A stretch of 64,000 nucleotides of DNA from Nitrospinota bacterium (GCA_022562795.1 JADFOP010000002.1:1-64000), one strand, 5' to 3'. Shown: positions 21,697-32,288, counted from the stretch's first letter. Translations and numbers: made by a program. The notes: generated by a model not told the origin, from the sequence alone.

Positions 21697-21951
21697 GGCA
21701 TAGGCTCCCTTGATTATTAACGCTATCTGGGCAAGGCTTTTTTTGCGAATGTCTGAACGCCGTTCCGCAAGTCTAGGATTTTAAACGGCCCCCATATTCG
21801 CTAATATATTGAAAATGCAAAAGAGTTGTAGGCACACTAACTTCCCTCGTTTTTGTTGGCCTATCTTGTTTATATTCAATTATTTTGCGGAAACAATGTA
21901 CCAAAAATACTATATTAGCAATGGCTTATCCTTCTAAGCCATTGAATATGT

Positions 21952-22028
21952 TGGCGCGCCCGGGAGGACTCGAACCTCCGACCTTCGGATTCGAAGTCCG
22001 ACGCTCTATCCAACTGAGCTACGGGCGC
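21952..22028 (-). tRNA. tRNA-Arg(TCG)
   Basis: GCGCCCGTAGCTCAGTTGGATAGAGC...CTTCGAA...GGTTCGAGTCC...CCA cloverleaf. Confidence 0.96.
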
Positions 22029-22100
22029 GACTATCGTTGAGCCAAAGGGTTCCTTAATTACCCCGGGAGGCCCTTAGGAGGCCCCCCGGGTGAAGTTTAA

Positions 22101-22176
22101 TGGGGTGAGCGATGGGATTCGAACCCACAGCCCCCAGGACCACAACCTGGTGCTCTACCCTTGAGCTACGCTCACC
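22101..22176 (-). tRNA. tRNA-His(GTG)
   Basis: G-1 encoded; anticodon loop TTGTGGT; GGTTCGAATCC; CCA end. Confidence 0.96.
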
Positions 22177-22222
22177 ACAACATGGGGGGATGGTGAGGCG
22201 GCACCCTCGCCGCATAAATGCC

Positions 22223-22299
<77 letters not shown>

Positions 22300-22338
22300 T
22301 CTGTAAGCCTAAGACTCTCAAGCCTCTTCCAGCATCTA

Positions 22339-22367
22339 AATCTAGCACCGGGTGTAGGGCTTGTCAA
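22339..22367 (-). promoter_or_regulatory. sigma70 promoter of the tRNA operon
   Basis: TTGACA-N17-TAGATT. Confidence 0.65.
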
Positions 22368-22579
22368 CTGAGGCTGGGGAGGGGATAGCGTATCGTTTAG
22401 GCCCTTTTGGCGAAGGCTCGTTCTCAGCATGACCCCACCACATCATCTGACTATCCCCTTTTCCCTTGCGCACTTTCGAGACTCTGGGGTATTATTCTAC
22501 AATGGTTAACTCGTAATGATTGTCACTCCTAGACTGGGGAGTCATGGCGGTCATAGGGATATGTGAGGGCTCTTCGGCT

Positions 22580-23020
22580 GTGAGTTCCATTGCACCGTCC
22601 GATACGGTTTCCCTGACGATACCCAGCCATTCGAAGTACCTGGGGTTGGTCCGTAAGGTAATCCAGCAGGTCTCCCAGGAGGGGGGGTTTAGCGAGGATG
22701 AGGGCCGAAAGCTCACTTTAGCGGTGGATGAGGCCTGTAGCAACGTCATCAAGTACAGTTACGAGCATGACCCGACCAAGACCATCGTCCTCACCTTGGC
22801 CAACAGCGACGAGAAGCTGGAGATACGGATTCAGGATTTCGGAAAATGCCCTGACCTGGAGGCCATCAAGCCCAGAGACCTCGATGAGGTGAAGCCCGGA
22901 GGATTGGGGACCCACTTTATCCAATCCATCATGGACGAGGTGACCTACGATACGTCGCCTGGTGTCGGGTGTATCTTGCACTTGGTCAAATATAAGTCAC
23001 CTCGAATGCAGGAGCGATAG
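22580..23020 (+). CDS. RsbW/SpoIIAB-like Ser kinase (anti-sigma-factor family, HATPase_c_2)
   Basis: LAVDEACSNVIKYSY, IQDFG, PGGLGTHFI..MDEV. Start codon uncertain. Confidence 0.9.
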   Translation: MSSIAPSDTVSLTIPSHSKYLGLVRKVIQQVSQEGGFSEDEGRKLTLAVDEACSNVIKYSYEHDPTKTIVLTLANSDEKLEIRIQDFGKCPDLEAIKPRDLDEVKPGGLGTHFIQSIMDEVTYDTSPGVGCILHLVKYKSPRMQER

Positions 23021-23029
23021 GAGCCTCCC

Positions 23030-23368
23030 GTGGAGCTCAGTGTCGAGCGGACAGACAGCGGCATCGTGACCCTAGCCGTCTCGGGCGAGGTTGACATGAA
23101 CACCTCGCTCGAGGTCCGAAACACCCTCACTCCTCTCTTCTCCGAGGAGCCGAGGGCCCTGATGGTCGACCTCTCGGGGGTCGGGTACATGGATTCCTCC
23201 GGGGTCGCTACCCTTGTGGAAGGGTTGCAGTGGTCGCACCGCAGCCAGATTCCCTTCCGGCTGTACGGGATGGCCCCAGCGGTCAAAAGCGTCTTCAGGA
23301 TGGCCAGGCTGGAAAGCCTGTTTGAGATTTTTGATACCCGGGAGGCGGCCTTAGAGGACTTAGTCTAA
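23030..23368 (+). CDS. STAS-domain protein (RsbV/SpoIIAA-like)
   Basis: SGEVD, DLSGVGYMDSSG with the phospho-acceptor Ser. Confidence 0.92.
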   Translation: MELSVERTDSGIVTLAVSGEVDMNTSLEVRNTLTPLFSEEPRALMVDLSGVGYMDSSGVATLVEGLQWSHRSQIPFRLYGMAPAVKSVFRMARLESLFEIFDTREAALEDLV

Positions 23369-23377
23369 GGAGTAGCC

Positions 23378-24172
23378 ATGGGTTTGGCCCAAAAAACTGT
23401 TGGCCAATCGGTCATTCGGTTTCTTCAGCATCTCTCCTCCATCTACTATCTCTTCGTGGATACCCTCAAGTGGTTGATTGTGGCTCCCTTGAAAGGCCAG
23501 CGGCCGCGCGTTCGGGCCATAATCGACCAGATGGTGGAAGTGGGCGTACAGAGCGTGTTTATCGTCATGCTCATCACATTCTCCCTCGGTGTCATCCTCG
23601 CAATGCAGACCGCCTACCAGATGCAGCGGTTCGGGGCGACCCAGTACGTGGGCAGCCTGGTGAGTGTCGCCTTCGTTCGGGAGCTCGGGCCCCTGATGAC
23701 GGCTCTCGTAATCACGGGCCGAGTGGGGGCGGCCTTCACCGCTGAGTTGGGCACCATGAAGGTCTCTGAGGAAATTCTCGCCCTCGAGACCATGGCTTTA
23801 AACCCAGTGAATTTCCTGATTGTCCCTCGCTTTTTGGCCATCTTAATTATGCTTCCCATGCTCACCATCGTAGCCGACGTAACCGGCATGTTCGGGGGCT
23901 ACCTCATCGGGGTCGGTAGCCTCAACATTCCAAGCAACCTATATCTCCAACGGACCTTCGACGCATTGGTCCTCAAGGACCTCTTCTCTGGGTTGTTCAA
24001 AAGCGTCGTCTTCGCCGTGATCATTGTAATGATCGCTTGTTACCGGGCCTTCATCGTCGAGGGGGGCGCGGCGGGGGTGGGCCGCTCGACCATGATCAGC
24101 GTCGTCCACTCCATGGTCACCATCATATTCGCCGACCTCGTCTTAACAGCCTTTTTCTACTTTGTCTTCTGA
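23378..24172 (+). CDS. mlaE: MlaE-family ABC permease
   Basis: RELGPLMTAL, GRVGAAFTAELGTMKVSEEI, GGAAGVG. Confidence 0.93.
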   Translation: MGLAQKTVGQSVIRFLQHLSSIYYLFVDTLKWLIVAPLKGQRPRVRAIIDQMVEVGVQSVFIVMLITFSLGVILAMQTAYQMQRFGATQYVGSLVSVAFVRELGPLMTALVITGRVGAAFTAELGTMKVSEEILALETMALNPVNFLIVPRFLAILIMLPMLTIVADVTGMFGGYLIGVGSLNIPSNLYLQRTFDALVLKDLFSGLFKSVVFAVIIVMIACYRAFIVEGGAAGVGRSTMISVVHSMVTIIFADLVLTAFFYFVF

Positions 24173-24971
24173 GGATGCGTCCCCTATGATCCGGGTGAGG
24201 AATCTTGTCAAAGGCTTCGACGGCACGAAGGTGCTGGACGGGCTGACCTTCACGGCCGAGAAAGGCAAAATCACCGTCATCATGGGCGGCAGCGGCGGAG
24301 GCAAATCCACCCTGCTTCGGTGTCTCATTGGAGCCTTGCGGGTCGACAGTGGCGAGATCTGGATAGGGGACAAAGAAATCACCCGGCTCAGGGAAGTGGA
24401 GATGAACGAGGTACGGAAACGCTTTGGGATGTGCTTCCAGAACGGGGCCCTGTTCAACTCAATGACGGTTGGCGAGAATGTGGCGCTCCCAATTCGGGAG
24501 CACACGAGGCTGGCCGAACACGTCATCAGCATCATGGTGAAGATGAAGCTCGAGCTCGTGGGGCTCAGGGACGCCGAGAACCTCATGCCGTCCCAAATCT
24601 CCGGCGGGATGGCCAAACGGGTGGCTGTGGCCCGGGCCTTGGCCCTCGACCCGGAGATAGTCTTCTACGACGAGCCCTCGGCGGGCTTAGACCCCATCGT
24701 CAGGGCTGTCATCGATGAGCTGATGATGGATCTCTCGAACAAGCTCGGAATAACCAGCGTGGTCATCACCCATGAGCTTGGCAGCGCCTTCAAGATTGCT
24801 GACCACATGGTCATGCTCTACAAAGGGCAGGTGGTGGCTGAAGGCACTCCCGAAGAAATTCAAAACTCTGATGACCCCGTCATCAATCAGTTCATCCATG
24901 GTAGCCCCGACGGGCCAGTCCCTCGGAGGCTTTCGAGCAAGGACTACGGTGAGGACCTCCTCTATACATGA
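24162..24971 (+). CDS. mlaF: MlaF-family ABC ATPase
   Basis: GGSGGGKS, FQNGALF, ISGGM, DEPSAGLDP. Start may be the ATG at 24187. Confidence 0.93.
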   Translation: MSSEDASPMIRVRNLVKGFDGTKVLDGLTFTAEKGKITVIMGGSGGGKSTLLRCLIGALRVDSGEIWIGDKEITRLREVEMNEVRKRFGMCFQNGALFNSMTVGENVALPIREHTRLAEHVISIMVKMKLELVGLRDAENLMPSQISGGMAKRVAVARALALDPEIVFYDEPSAGLDPIVRAVIDELMMDLSNKLGITSVVITHELGSAFKIADHMVMLYKGQVVAEGTPEEIQNSDDPVINQFIHGSPDGPVPRRLSSKDYGEDLLYT

Positions 24972-24990
24972 GGATGGGGGCGAGAACTCA

Positions 24991-26004
24991 ATGGCCGAGT
25001 ACTTTCGGAAAACGACGAAGGCGGGGGTGCTGATCCTGCTGGCCTTGCTGTTGATGGGCGGCATGATTTTCATCGTTGGCGACTTCGCAAATCTCTTCGG
25101 CAAGAAGAACCAGATTAAGGTGCTTTTCGCCTCCGCCCAGGGCATCGAGGTCAACGCCCCGGTCGCCTACGCCGGGGTGACTGTAGGTCGAGTGGCGGAT
25201 ATCCGTATCTTGAGCGGTCAGGAGCATGCCGATGCTCCCAAAAAGCAGATTGAGCTTCTGCTGGAGGTCGATGATCGGGTTGACCTATCCACCATCCAAC
25301 AGATTTCCATCCGCCAGAAAGGGTTCCTTGGCGATATGTACGTGGACATCACGCCAGGCCGCGGTAAGCCCAAGAGCCTGACGGAGAGGACGGTCTATTT
25401 GGGCAAGGAGGCCAGGAGCCTCGAAGAAGTTATGGAAACGATGGATTCGATCGGGAAAGAGTTCCGTTTGACCTTAAGCAGCATCAACGATGTAGTCGCT
25501 TCCGAGGAGTTCAAGGTCTCGCTCAAAGCTCTAATAACTAAGGGAGAGCGGGCCATGGACGGGGCGGCCAAGGTATTTGCGGACAACAGCGAGGACCTGC
25601 GGACGACCATACGGGACATAAAACACGCCAGCGCCGACCTCAAGGAGCTACTCGCCGCCAGCCGCGGTCCGGCGATCGAAACGGTCGCCAATCTTAGGGA
25701 TGCCTCCAGCCAGATGCGCACGCAGCTCGATTCCTTGGCGGAGGGGTTCAACCGCGTGGCGTCGAAGGCAGAATTCGTCGTTGATGACAACAGCGCCAAC
25801 CTCTACGCCGTGACCCTCAATCTAAGGGCCATTTCCGAAAACCTTAAAGCCATGAGCGCCGACATCAAAGAGCACCCCTGGAAGCTCGTCAATTTATTCG
25901 GCAAAAAAGAGGGCTCGTCGTCTTCCTCGAAGGAGAAGGCTGTGCCCCGTGCCGAGCAGGAGCTTCGACGGGACGGGGGTCTGGGCCGGCCGGCAGCCCG
26001 GTAG
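24991..26004 (+). CDS. mlaD: MCE/MlaD-family protein with long helical C-terminus
   Basis: N-terminal TM, AQGIEVNAPVAYAGVTVGRV, GFLGDMYVDITPG, coiled region ending PWKL. Confidence 0.88.
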   Translation: MAEYFRKTTKAGVLILLALLLMGGMIFIVGDFANLFGKKNQIKVLFASAQGIEVNAPVAYAGVTVGRVADIRILSGQEHADAPKKQIELLLEVDDRVDLSTIQQISIRQKGFLGDMYVDITPGRGKPKSLTERTVYLGKEARSLEEVMETMDSIGKEFRLTLSSINDVVASEEFKVSLKALITKGERAMDGAAKVFADNSEDLRTTIRDIKHASADLKELLAASRGPAIETVANLRDASSQMRTQLDSLAEGFNRVASKAEFVVDDNSANLYAVTLNLRAISENLKAMSADIKEHPWKLVNLFGKKEGSSSSSKEKAVPRAEQELRRDGGLGRPAAR

Positions 26005-26009
26005 GAGCC

Positions 26010-26894
26010 ATGACGCGACGGCCTCCATTTCTGCTTCCCCTCCTTCTCGCCGGAATGGTGTTGGCTGTGGGCTGTAGTCGTCCTCATGCCACGATGCGCC
26101 CCCTGCAGACGGGCCTTAGAGCGTATGAGCGCGGCCACTACGAAGAGGCCCTGGCCGCCTTCCGCAAGGCGGTGGCCGAAGAGCCCAAGAACCTCGTTGC
26201 AAAGACCAACCTGGCCCTAACTCTTCAGGACCTAGCACGCTATGAGGAAGCCCTCTCTCTGTACGAGGAGCTGACCATCCGCCAGCCAGACGCTCCCTTG
26301 CCGTGGATTAACAAGGCCGTCTGCCTGCGTGAGCTCGGCCGGCTCGAGGAGGCCTTCGCCACATTGAACGTCGTCGAGACCCGGTGGCCGGCTAGCCCGT
26401 ACCCGACATTCAATCGCGCTCTAATCTACGAGGAGGAGGGCAAGTGGGCCGAAGCCTTAGAGGCTCACCGTGAAGCCTTGAAGATCGCTCCTCACGAGGC
26501 GGCTATCCACTACCGCCTCGGGCTAATTTTTGAGCGCCTCCACGAGCTTGACAATGCGGTCAAGGCCTATTCAAAGGCGCTCCTTCTGAAGCCCACCGAC
26601 CCGGTGGCCCGCCTGAAGCTGGGCGAGCTCTTCGCCTCCCGGGGCCAATACAGCCGGGCAATCCGGGAGTACTCGAAGCTGACGGTCCTTGCCCCCGGCG
26701 CATCCAACCTCTATCACCGCCTAGCCGGTCTATATCGAAGGCAGCACCGTCTAGAGAAGGCGCTCGAGATGCTTCAGCGGGCCCTGGAGCTTCGGCCCGC
26801 CGACGCCCAACTCCAACAGGAGCTCCAGGAGGTGCTTCAAGACCTGGTGGACCCCAGCCGCCGCGTGTTGGGGGAAGACCCCCCAGCAGGATGA
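26010..26894 (+). CDS. TPR-repeat lipoprotein
   Basis: Lipobox LAVGC; ~7 TPR-like repeats. Confidence 0.85.
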   Translation: MTRRPPFLLPLLLAGMVLAVGCSRPHATMRPLQTGLRAYERGHYEEALAAFRKAVAEEPKNLVAKTNLALTLQDLARYEEALSLYEELTIRQPDAPLPWINKAVCLRELGRLEEAFATLNVVETRWPASPYPTFNRALIYEEEGKWAEALEAHREALKIAPHEAAIHYRLGLIFERLHELDNAVKAYSKALLLKPTDPVARLKLGELFASRGQYSRAIREYSKLTVLAPGASNLYHRLAGLYRRQHRLEKALEMLQRALELRPADAQLQQELQEVLQDLVDPSRRVLGEDPPAG

Positions 26895-26897
26895 GCC

Positions 26898-27695
26898 GTG
26901 ATTGACTCCGAGCGCCTCTTCGTCCACGTTCCCTACGCCCTGGTAGACCAGTACCGGAATCTCATCCAGAAGGCCGGTCTGGCCCTCGAGGTCTTGGTCG
27001 AAGCCCAGAACCTGGAAGTCTCCACCCTGGAGGGGATGGCCGAGGAGATCAATGGCCTCAAGGCGATCACGGGTCGGGTGGCCATCCACGCCCCTTATGC
27101 GGATCTCGATCCGGGCCATCCTGTCGAGGCCAACCGCGAAGAGACGCTCCGTCTGCTCACCCTGACGTTCGCTCTGTCACAGGCGACTGAGGCCTCTTAC
27201 GTAGTAGCCCACACGGGGTACGACCCCTCCCGGGTGGAGACTGACCCGAGCGGCTGGCGTGCGAGGAGCCTCGAGACCTGGAATGAGCTCCTGGCCCACC
27301 CTGCGGCGGATGGGGTAGCCCTCGCATTGGAGCACACACTGGAGCCGGAGCCTTCTATCCTATGGGACCTGGTGGCGTCCCTGCCGGCCGATCGGGTGGG
27401 CGTCTGCCTCGATACGGGCCACCTGAATTGCTTTGCCAAGGCCCCGCCCTCCGTATGGTGGGCCACGCTGGGCAAACGCGTCACCGTCCTCCACATGCAT
27501 GACAATAGGGGCCAGGACGACGACCATCTCGGCATCGGGGAGGGGACCTTCGACTTCGCCGCTCTCTTTCGATGGCTGAAGCGGACGAACCTGACACCCT
27601 TTGCCACGATAGAAGGCCGGGACCCCGAAGCGGTCGCAACGAGTCTTTCTGCCTTGGGATTTCCCTTCGATCCAGCCCTTCTTGACTTCTCATAG
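26898..27695 (+). CDS. Sugar phosphate isomerase/epimerase (xylose isomerase-like TIM barrel)
   Basis: IHAPY, LEH, CLDTGH, HMHDN..DDHL, TIE metal ligands. Confidence 0.85.
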   Translation: MIDSERLFVHVPYALVDQYRNLIQKAGLALEVLVEAQNLEVSTLEGMAEEINGLKAITGRVAIHAPYADLDPGHPVEANREETLRLLTLTFALSQATEASYVVAHTGYDPSRVETDPSGWRARSLETWNELLAHPAADGVALALEHTLEPEPSILWDLVASLPADRVGVCLDTGHLNCFAKAPPSVWWATLGKRVTVLHMHDNRGQDDDHLGIGEGTFDFAALFRWLKRTNLTPFATIEGRDPEAVATSLSALGFPFDPALLDFS

Positions 27696-27838
27696 CTCGT
27701 AGTCCTCCTGGGTTTTGACATGCATTAAGGCCTGTGCTAAAGAGAAGCCGACCGATCGGACGCACCTTTTTCACTAGCTATTCTTCCATCATCGCCTCTC
27801 GGTTGTCCTGCCGTGAGGCCTCGTGCACGGACGGATCC

Positions 27839-28708
27839 ATGACCGCGCTCGGCCGCATGCTGATCATCGGCCACCCCCTGGGCCATACGCTCTCGCCGTT
27901 GATGCACAACACCGCCTTCCAGGAGATGGGTCTTCCATACTACTATGAGGCCGAGGACGTGCCGCCCGAGGGCTTGGCTGAGGCGGTCGAGCGCTTTAGG
28001 GCCGAAGGGGTGGTGGGGCTCAGCGTCACCATTCCGTACAAAGAGGCGATATTACCCTTCCTGGATGAGGTGGATGAAGAGGTGGAGCGCCTGGGGGCAG
28101 CCAACACGGTGGTGCTCGTCGAAGGGCGCTTCGTTGGGACCAACACCGATGGCATCGGGTTCATGCGCAGCCTGAAGGAAAATGGGGGCTACGACCCAGA
28201 AGGGCGCTCGGCCGTTGTGCTTGGTGCGGGGGGAGCCGCTAGGGCCGTGGCCGCCCATTTGGCCCTGTCGGGCGCCGATTCTGTAGTGATTGCCAACAGG
28301 ACCCTCTCGCGAGCCGAGAGGCTGGCAACAGACCTAGCTCGGGCTGTCGGAAGGCAGTGCTTTGAGCCTCTACCCTTGGAGGCGACGGCCACGGCCGAGG
28401 CGATCCGACAGGCCGATTGCCTGATCAATGCGACCAGTGTCGGGATGGCGGGGGACCGGCGACTCCCCGTGCCAGCGGCCTTGATCGAGCCGCACCACGT
28501 GGTCTGCGACATCGTATACCGTCCCCTTGTAACCCCTCTGCTAGAAGCTGCACTTGCCCGTGGGGCCTCGACTATTAACGGCCTTGGGATGCTCGTCTAT
28601 CAAGGAGCGGAGGCTTTTCGTCGGTGGACTGGCCAGGAGATGCCCATCGACATCGTCCGCTCGACCTTGGAGGCAGCCTTGGAGCTCGAGGGCCCCGAAA
28701 GCCTCTAG
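27839..28708 (+). CDS. aroE: Shikimate dehydrogenase
   Basis: HTLSP.MHN, VTIPYK, AANT, NTD, GAGGAA, NATSVGM, GLGMLVYQG. Confidence 0.95.
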   Translation: MTALGRMLIIGHPLGHTLSPLMHNTAFQEMGLPYYYEAEDVPPEGLAEAVERFRAEGVVGLSVTIPYKEAILPFLDEVDEEVERLGAANTVVLVEGRFVGTNTDGIGFMRSLKENGGYDPEGRSAVVLGAGGAARAVAAHLALSGADSVVIANRTLSRAERLATDLARAVGRQCFEPLPLEATATAEAIRQADCLINATSVGMAGDRRLPVPAALIEPHHVVCDIVYRPLVTPLLEAALARGASTINGLGMLVYQGAEAFRRWTGQEMPIDIVRSTLEAALELEGPESL

Positions 28709-28744
28709 CGTCCTAGGCCAAATAGGGGAAATGCAAAAAAATTG

Positions 28745-28773
28745 TTGACACTTCCCTTGCAAAGTGTTATAAG
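28745..28773 (+). promoter_or_regulatory. sigma70 promoter upstream of rho
   Basis: TTGACA-N17-TATAAG with extended TG. Confidence 0.65.
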
Positions 28774-29098
28774 AATAATAGAAGAACTCCTAATTCTGAT
28801 GTATCAGCCCTCTAGAGAGTCTTTTCCGCGAATCCTCCGTATGTAATTCGAAGGCAGTATCACGCTACCGATAATGTGCTAAAGAGGGAACGTAATCGAC
28901 GAGCAAGGTTGATTCAGCCTGAGGCTGGTATATTGTCTAACAGGTAGCGTCCACAGGACGCACACTTCACGGGCTAGCGCAGACGAGTCCTTCCCTAACA
29001 CCATGCTAGGTCGTCCCACGGAGGGGCCCCGGCATGACGTTTGCGTCCCACCGAGCCCGAATCGCACCCCGCATGGCGATCGGGCGGAGAGCAGTACC

Positions 29099-30367
29099 AT
29101 GGAGACTCAACAGGCCACAATGAATATCGAGGAGCTGAAGACTAAGACCATTACAGAACTGCTGGGCATCTCGAAGCAGTTCAGTATCGAAGGCGCATCG
29201 AGTCTTCGAAAGCAAGACCTCATCTTCAAGATTCTGGAGGCCCAGACCGAGATGGACGGCCTCATCTTTGGCGAGGGCGTGCTCGAGATTCTGCCCGACG
29301 GGTTTGGCTTCCTGAGGGCGCCCACTTACAACTATCTGCCCGGGCCTGACGACATCTACGTCTCCCCGAGCCAGATTCGCCGCTTTGACCTCCGTACGGG
29401 CGATACCATCTCCGGTCAGATTCGCCCCCCCAAGGATGGGGAACGATACTTCGCCCTACTGAAGGTCGAAGCGATCAATTACGAAGATCCCGAGTCGGCC
29501 AAGGAGAAGATTCTCTTTGACAACCTGACACCTCTTTACCCAGATGGACGCATCAGCCTCGAGCGGGGCAACGGCGACATGTCGAGTAGGGTGATGGACC
29601 TCCTCACCCCAATCGGAATGGGGCAACGGGGGCTCATCGTCTCACCGCCCCGGGCGGGCAAGACCATGCTGCTTCAGTCCATCGCCCACTCAATTACCAC
29701 CAACCACCCGGAGGTCATTCTCATCGTGCTGCTCATCGACGAGCGGCCCGAAGAGGTCACCGATATGCAACGCTCCGTCGAGGGCGAGGTCATAAGCTCG
29801 ACCTTTGACGAGCCTGCCACGCGCCACGTACAGGTTGCGGACATGGTGCTGGAGAAGGCCAAGCGGTTGGTGGAGCATAAAAGAGATGTGGTCATCCTCC
29901 TGGACAGCATCACCCGCCTGGCCCGAGCCCACAACACAGTCGTGCCGCCCAGCGGCAAGGTCCTCTCTGGCGGTGTCGACAGCAATGCGCTACAGAAGCC
30001 CAAGCGCTTCTTCGGCGCGGCCCGAAATATCGAAGAGGGTGGAAGCCTCACCATCATCGCCACGGCCCTCGTTGACACCGGCTCGCGCATGGACGAGGTG
30101 ATCTTCGAGGAGTTTAAAGGGACGGGAAATATGGAGATTATCCTCGACCGGAAGCTGGCCGACCGGCGTGTCTTCCCGGCGATTGACATCAATCGATCGG
30201 GGACCCGTAAGGAAGAACTGTTGCTGGAGGACTGGGAGTTAAACCGCGTCTGGGTGCTCCGCAAGGTCCTCGACCCCTTGGGACCGGTGGAGTCAATGGA
30301 GTTTTTGCTCGACAAGATGCATGAGGCTGAGAGCAATAAAGACTTCCTCGAGAGCATGAACATCTAG
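29099..30367 (+). CDS. rho: Transcription termination factor Rho
   Basis: [47 protein letters not shown]. Alternative starts at 29003 and 29120. Confidence 0.98.
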   Translation: METQQATMNIEELKTKTITELLGISKQFSIEGASSLRKQDLIFKILEAQTEMDGLIFGEGVLEILPDGFGFLRAPTYNYLPGPDDIYVSPSQIRRFDLRTGDTISGQIRPPKDGERYFALLKVEAINYEDPESAKEKILFDNLTPLYPDGRISLERGNGDMSSRVMDLLTPIGMGQRGLIVSPPRAGKTMLLQSIAHSITTNHPEVILIVLLIDERPEEVTDMQRSVEGEVISSTFDEPATRHVQVADMVLEKAKRLVEHKRDVVILLDSITRLARAHNTVVPPSGKVLSGGVDSNALQKPKRFFGAARNIEEGGSLTIIATALVDTGSRMDEVIFEEFKGTGNMEIILDRKLADRRVFPAIDINRSGTRKEELLLEDWELNRVWVLRKVLDPLGPVESMEFLLDKMHEAESNKDFLESMNI

Positions 30368-30513
30368 GGCGGTAAAGCCCCGTCACTGCGGTATGGAGAG
30401 TGAGTTGACCTCGAGGACGGGGCTTTTCCTTTGAAATACAACCACCACAGGGTCTACAATAGGTCCTGACGCGAATGAGCGTCGACACCGAATAACCGAC
30501 GAGGAGCCTGACA

Positions 30514-31053
30514 GTGAAAACAGGCATACATCCCGAATACAGCGAGGCGACCATCACCTGCGCGTGCGGCGAGATCATCCACACCCGCTCGACCCAGGCC
30601 GCTACCCGGATTGAGATTTGCTCAAAGTGCCATCCCTTCTTTACCGGCAAACAGAAGATTGTGGATACGGCCGGGCGCGTGGAGCGTTTTGAGAAGAAGT
30701 ACGGAGAAGTCTCTGAGGAGCTTGACCGGCAGCGGGAGGAGGATCGCCAGGCCCGGATCGAAGCGGCGAAGGAACGAGCCCAGCTTCAGGGAGCCGAGCG
30801 GGAGGAGCGAAAGCAACGCCTCGCCGAACGGCAACGGCGCAAGGAGGAGCGGGCAGCCGTCATTAGGAGCTCCAAGGAAGAGGCGGCTCAAGCTGACACG
30901 GAGGCGGCCGAGCCACCGACAGCTGAAGGGCCTGCTCCCGACGAGGCCAAGGAAGAGGCGGCTCAAGCTGACACGGAAGCGGCCGAGCCACCGACAGCTG
31001 AAGGGCCTGCTCCCGACGAGGCCCAAGAAGGCAAGACCGAGGAGCCCTCGTGA
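30514..31053 (+). CDS. rpmE: 50S ribosomal protein L31 (Zn-binding type) with long C-terminal extension
   Basis: [29 protein letters not shown]; about 110 extra aa. Confidence 0.95.
   Translation: MKTGIHPEYSEATITCACGEIIHTRSTQAATRIEICSKCHPFFTGKQKIVDTAGRVERFEKKYGEVSEELDRQREEDRQARIEAAKERAQLQGAEREERKQRLAERQRRKEERAAVIRSSKEEAAQADTEAAEPPTAEGPAPDEAKEEAAQADTEAAEPPTAEGPAPDEAQEGKTEEPS
30872..31021 (+). repeat. 75-bp in-frame tandem duplication (2 copies, 1 mismatch) within rpmE
   Basis: Encodes [25 protein letters not shown] twice. Confidence 0.95.
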
Positions 31054-31118
31054 AAAAGGAATGCTGGGCCCCTGCCCCCACCACCTCTGTGGCTTTAATG
31101 GATACCGGGTAACGTCAA

Positions 31119-32216
31119 ATGGAAGAAAAGCTTGAAGGCTTCGTGGCCCGCTATGAGGAGCTCAACGCGATGTTGAGCCGGCCCGAGGTCATAAACGATC
31201 AGGAGCGCTACCATCAGCTTATGCGCGAACACAGCGAGCTGGCCAAGGTGGTCCAGACGGCCCAGGCGTTGAAGAAGCTAGGCGAGCAGGTGGCTGAGAC
31301 CGAGGAGTTGTTGGCCGAGAGCACCGATGAGCCTGAGATGGAGGAGCTGGCGCAGGTAGAGCTCGCCTCGCTCAAAGCGAATCGGGATGAGTTGACCCGA
31401 TCCCTGCAGCAGCTTCTGCTGCCGAAAGACCCCAACGAGGGCAAGGACGTCATCGTGGAGATCCGGGCTGGCACAGGTGGTGAAGAAGCCGCTCTATTCG
31501 CCGCTGAGCTCTTCCGCATGTATAGTCGCTACGCCGAGGCGAACGGATGGCGTACCGAGATTCTCCATACGAGTCCCACCGAGATGGGTGGGTTCAAGGA
31601 AGTCATCGGGTCGGTGAGCGGGCCCGATGCATACAGGAGGCTCCAGTTCGAAAGCGGCACCCACCGGGTCCAGCGGGTTCCGGTGACCGAGGCGGGTGGA
31701 CGAATTCACACCTCTGCGGTCACGGTGGCCATTCTACCTGAAGCCGAGGAGGTGGAGGTCGAGATCGACCCCAAAGACCTTCGCATCGACGTTTTCCGCT
31801 CCTCGGGCCCCGGCGGCCAGAGCGTCAACACCACCGACTCGGCGGTCCGCATCACCCACCTCCCCACGGGGCTTATCGCTTCGTGTCAGGACGAAAAGAG
31901 CCAGCACAAAAACAGGGCCAAGGCGATCCGCGTCTTGCGGGCCCGTCTGAAGGACCGTCTCGAGAACGAGCAGCTTGCGGCAATACGGGAGCAACGGAAA
32001 CTCCAGGTCGGCACGGGTGACCGGAGTGAGCGGATACGGACGTACAATTTCCCTCAGAACCGCGTCACCGATCACCGCATAAATCTCACCTTGCACAAAC
32101 TCGATGCCGTGCTGTCCGGCGACCTGGACAATCTGATCGAAGCCCTGCTCCAGGCACACCAGGAGGAGGCCTTAGCAACCCTTGCTCCATCGGGCGAGTC
32201 GTCAGTGACCCACTAG
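31119..32216 (+). CDS. prfA: Peptide chain release factor 1
   Basis: PVT motif, [15 protein letters not shown]. Confidence 0.97.
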   Translation: MEEKLEGFVARYEELNAMLSRPEVINDQERYHQLMREHSELAKVVQTAQALKKLGEQVAETEELLAESTDEPEMEELAQVELASLKANRDELTRSLQQLLLPKDPNEGKDVIVEIRAGTGGEEAALFAAELFRMYSRYAEANGWRTEILHTSPTEMGGFKEVIGSVSGPDAYRRLQFESGTHRVQRVPVTEAGGRIHTSAVTVAILPEAEEVEVEIDPKDLRIDVFRSSGPGGQSVNTTDSAVRITHLPTGLIASCQDEKSQHKNRAKAIRVLRARLKDRLENEQLAAIREQRKLQVGTGDRSERIRTYNFPQNRVTDHRINLTLHKLDAVLSGDLDNLIEALLQAHQEEALATLAPSGESSVTH

Positions 32217-32288
32217 GTAATGCAGCTCGGCCGGCCCGTGTGAGACGCCAGGCCCCCCAGGGACCAAGCCGTTGGTCGGAGTTCCCGG

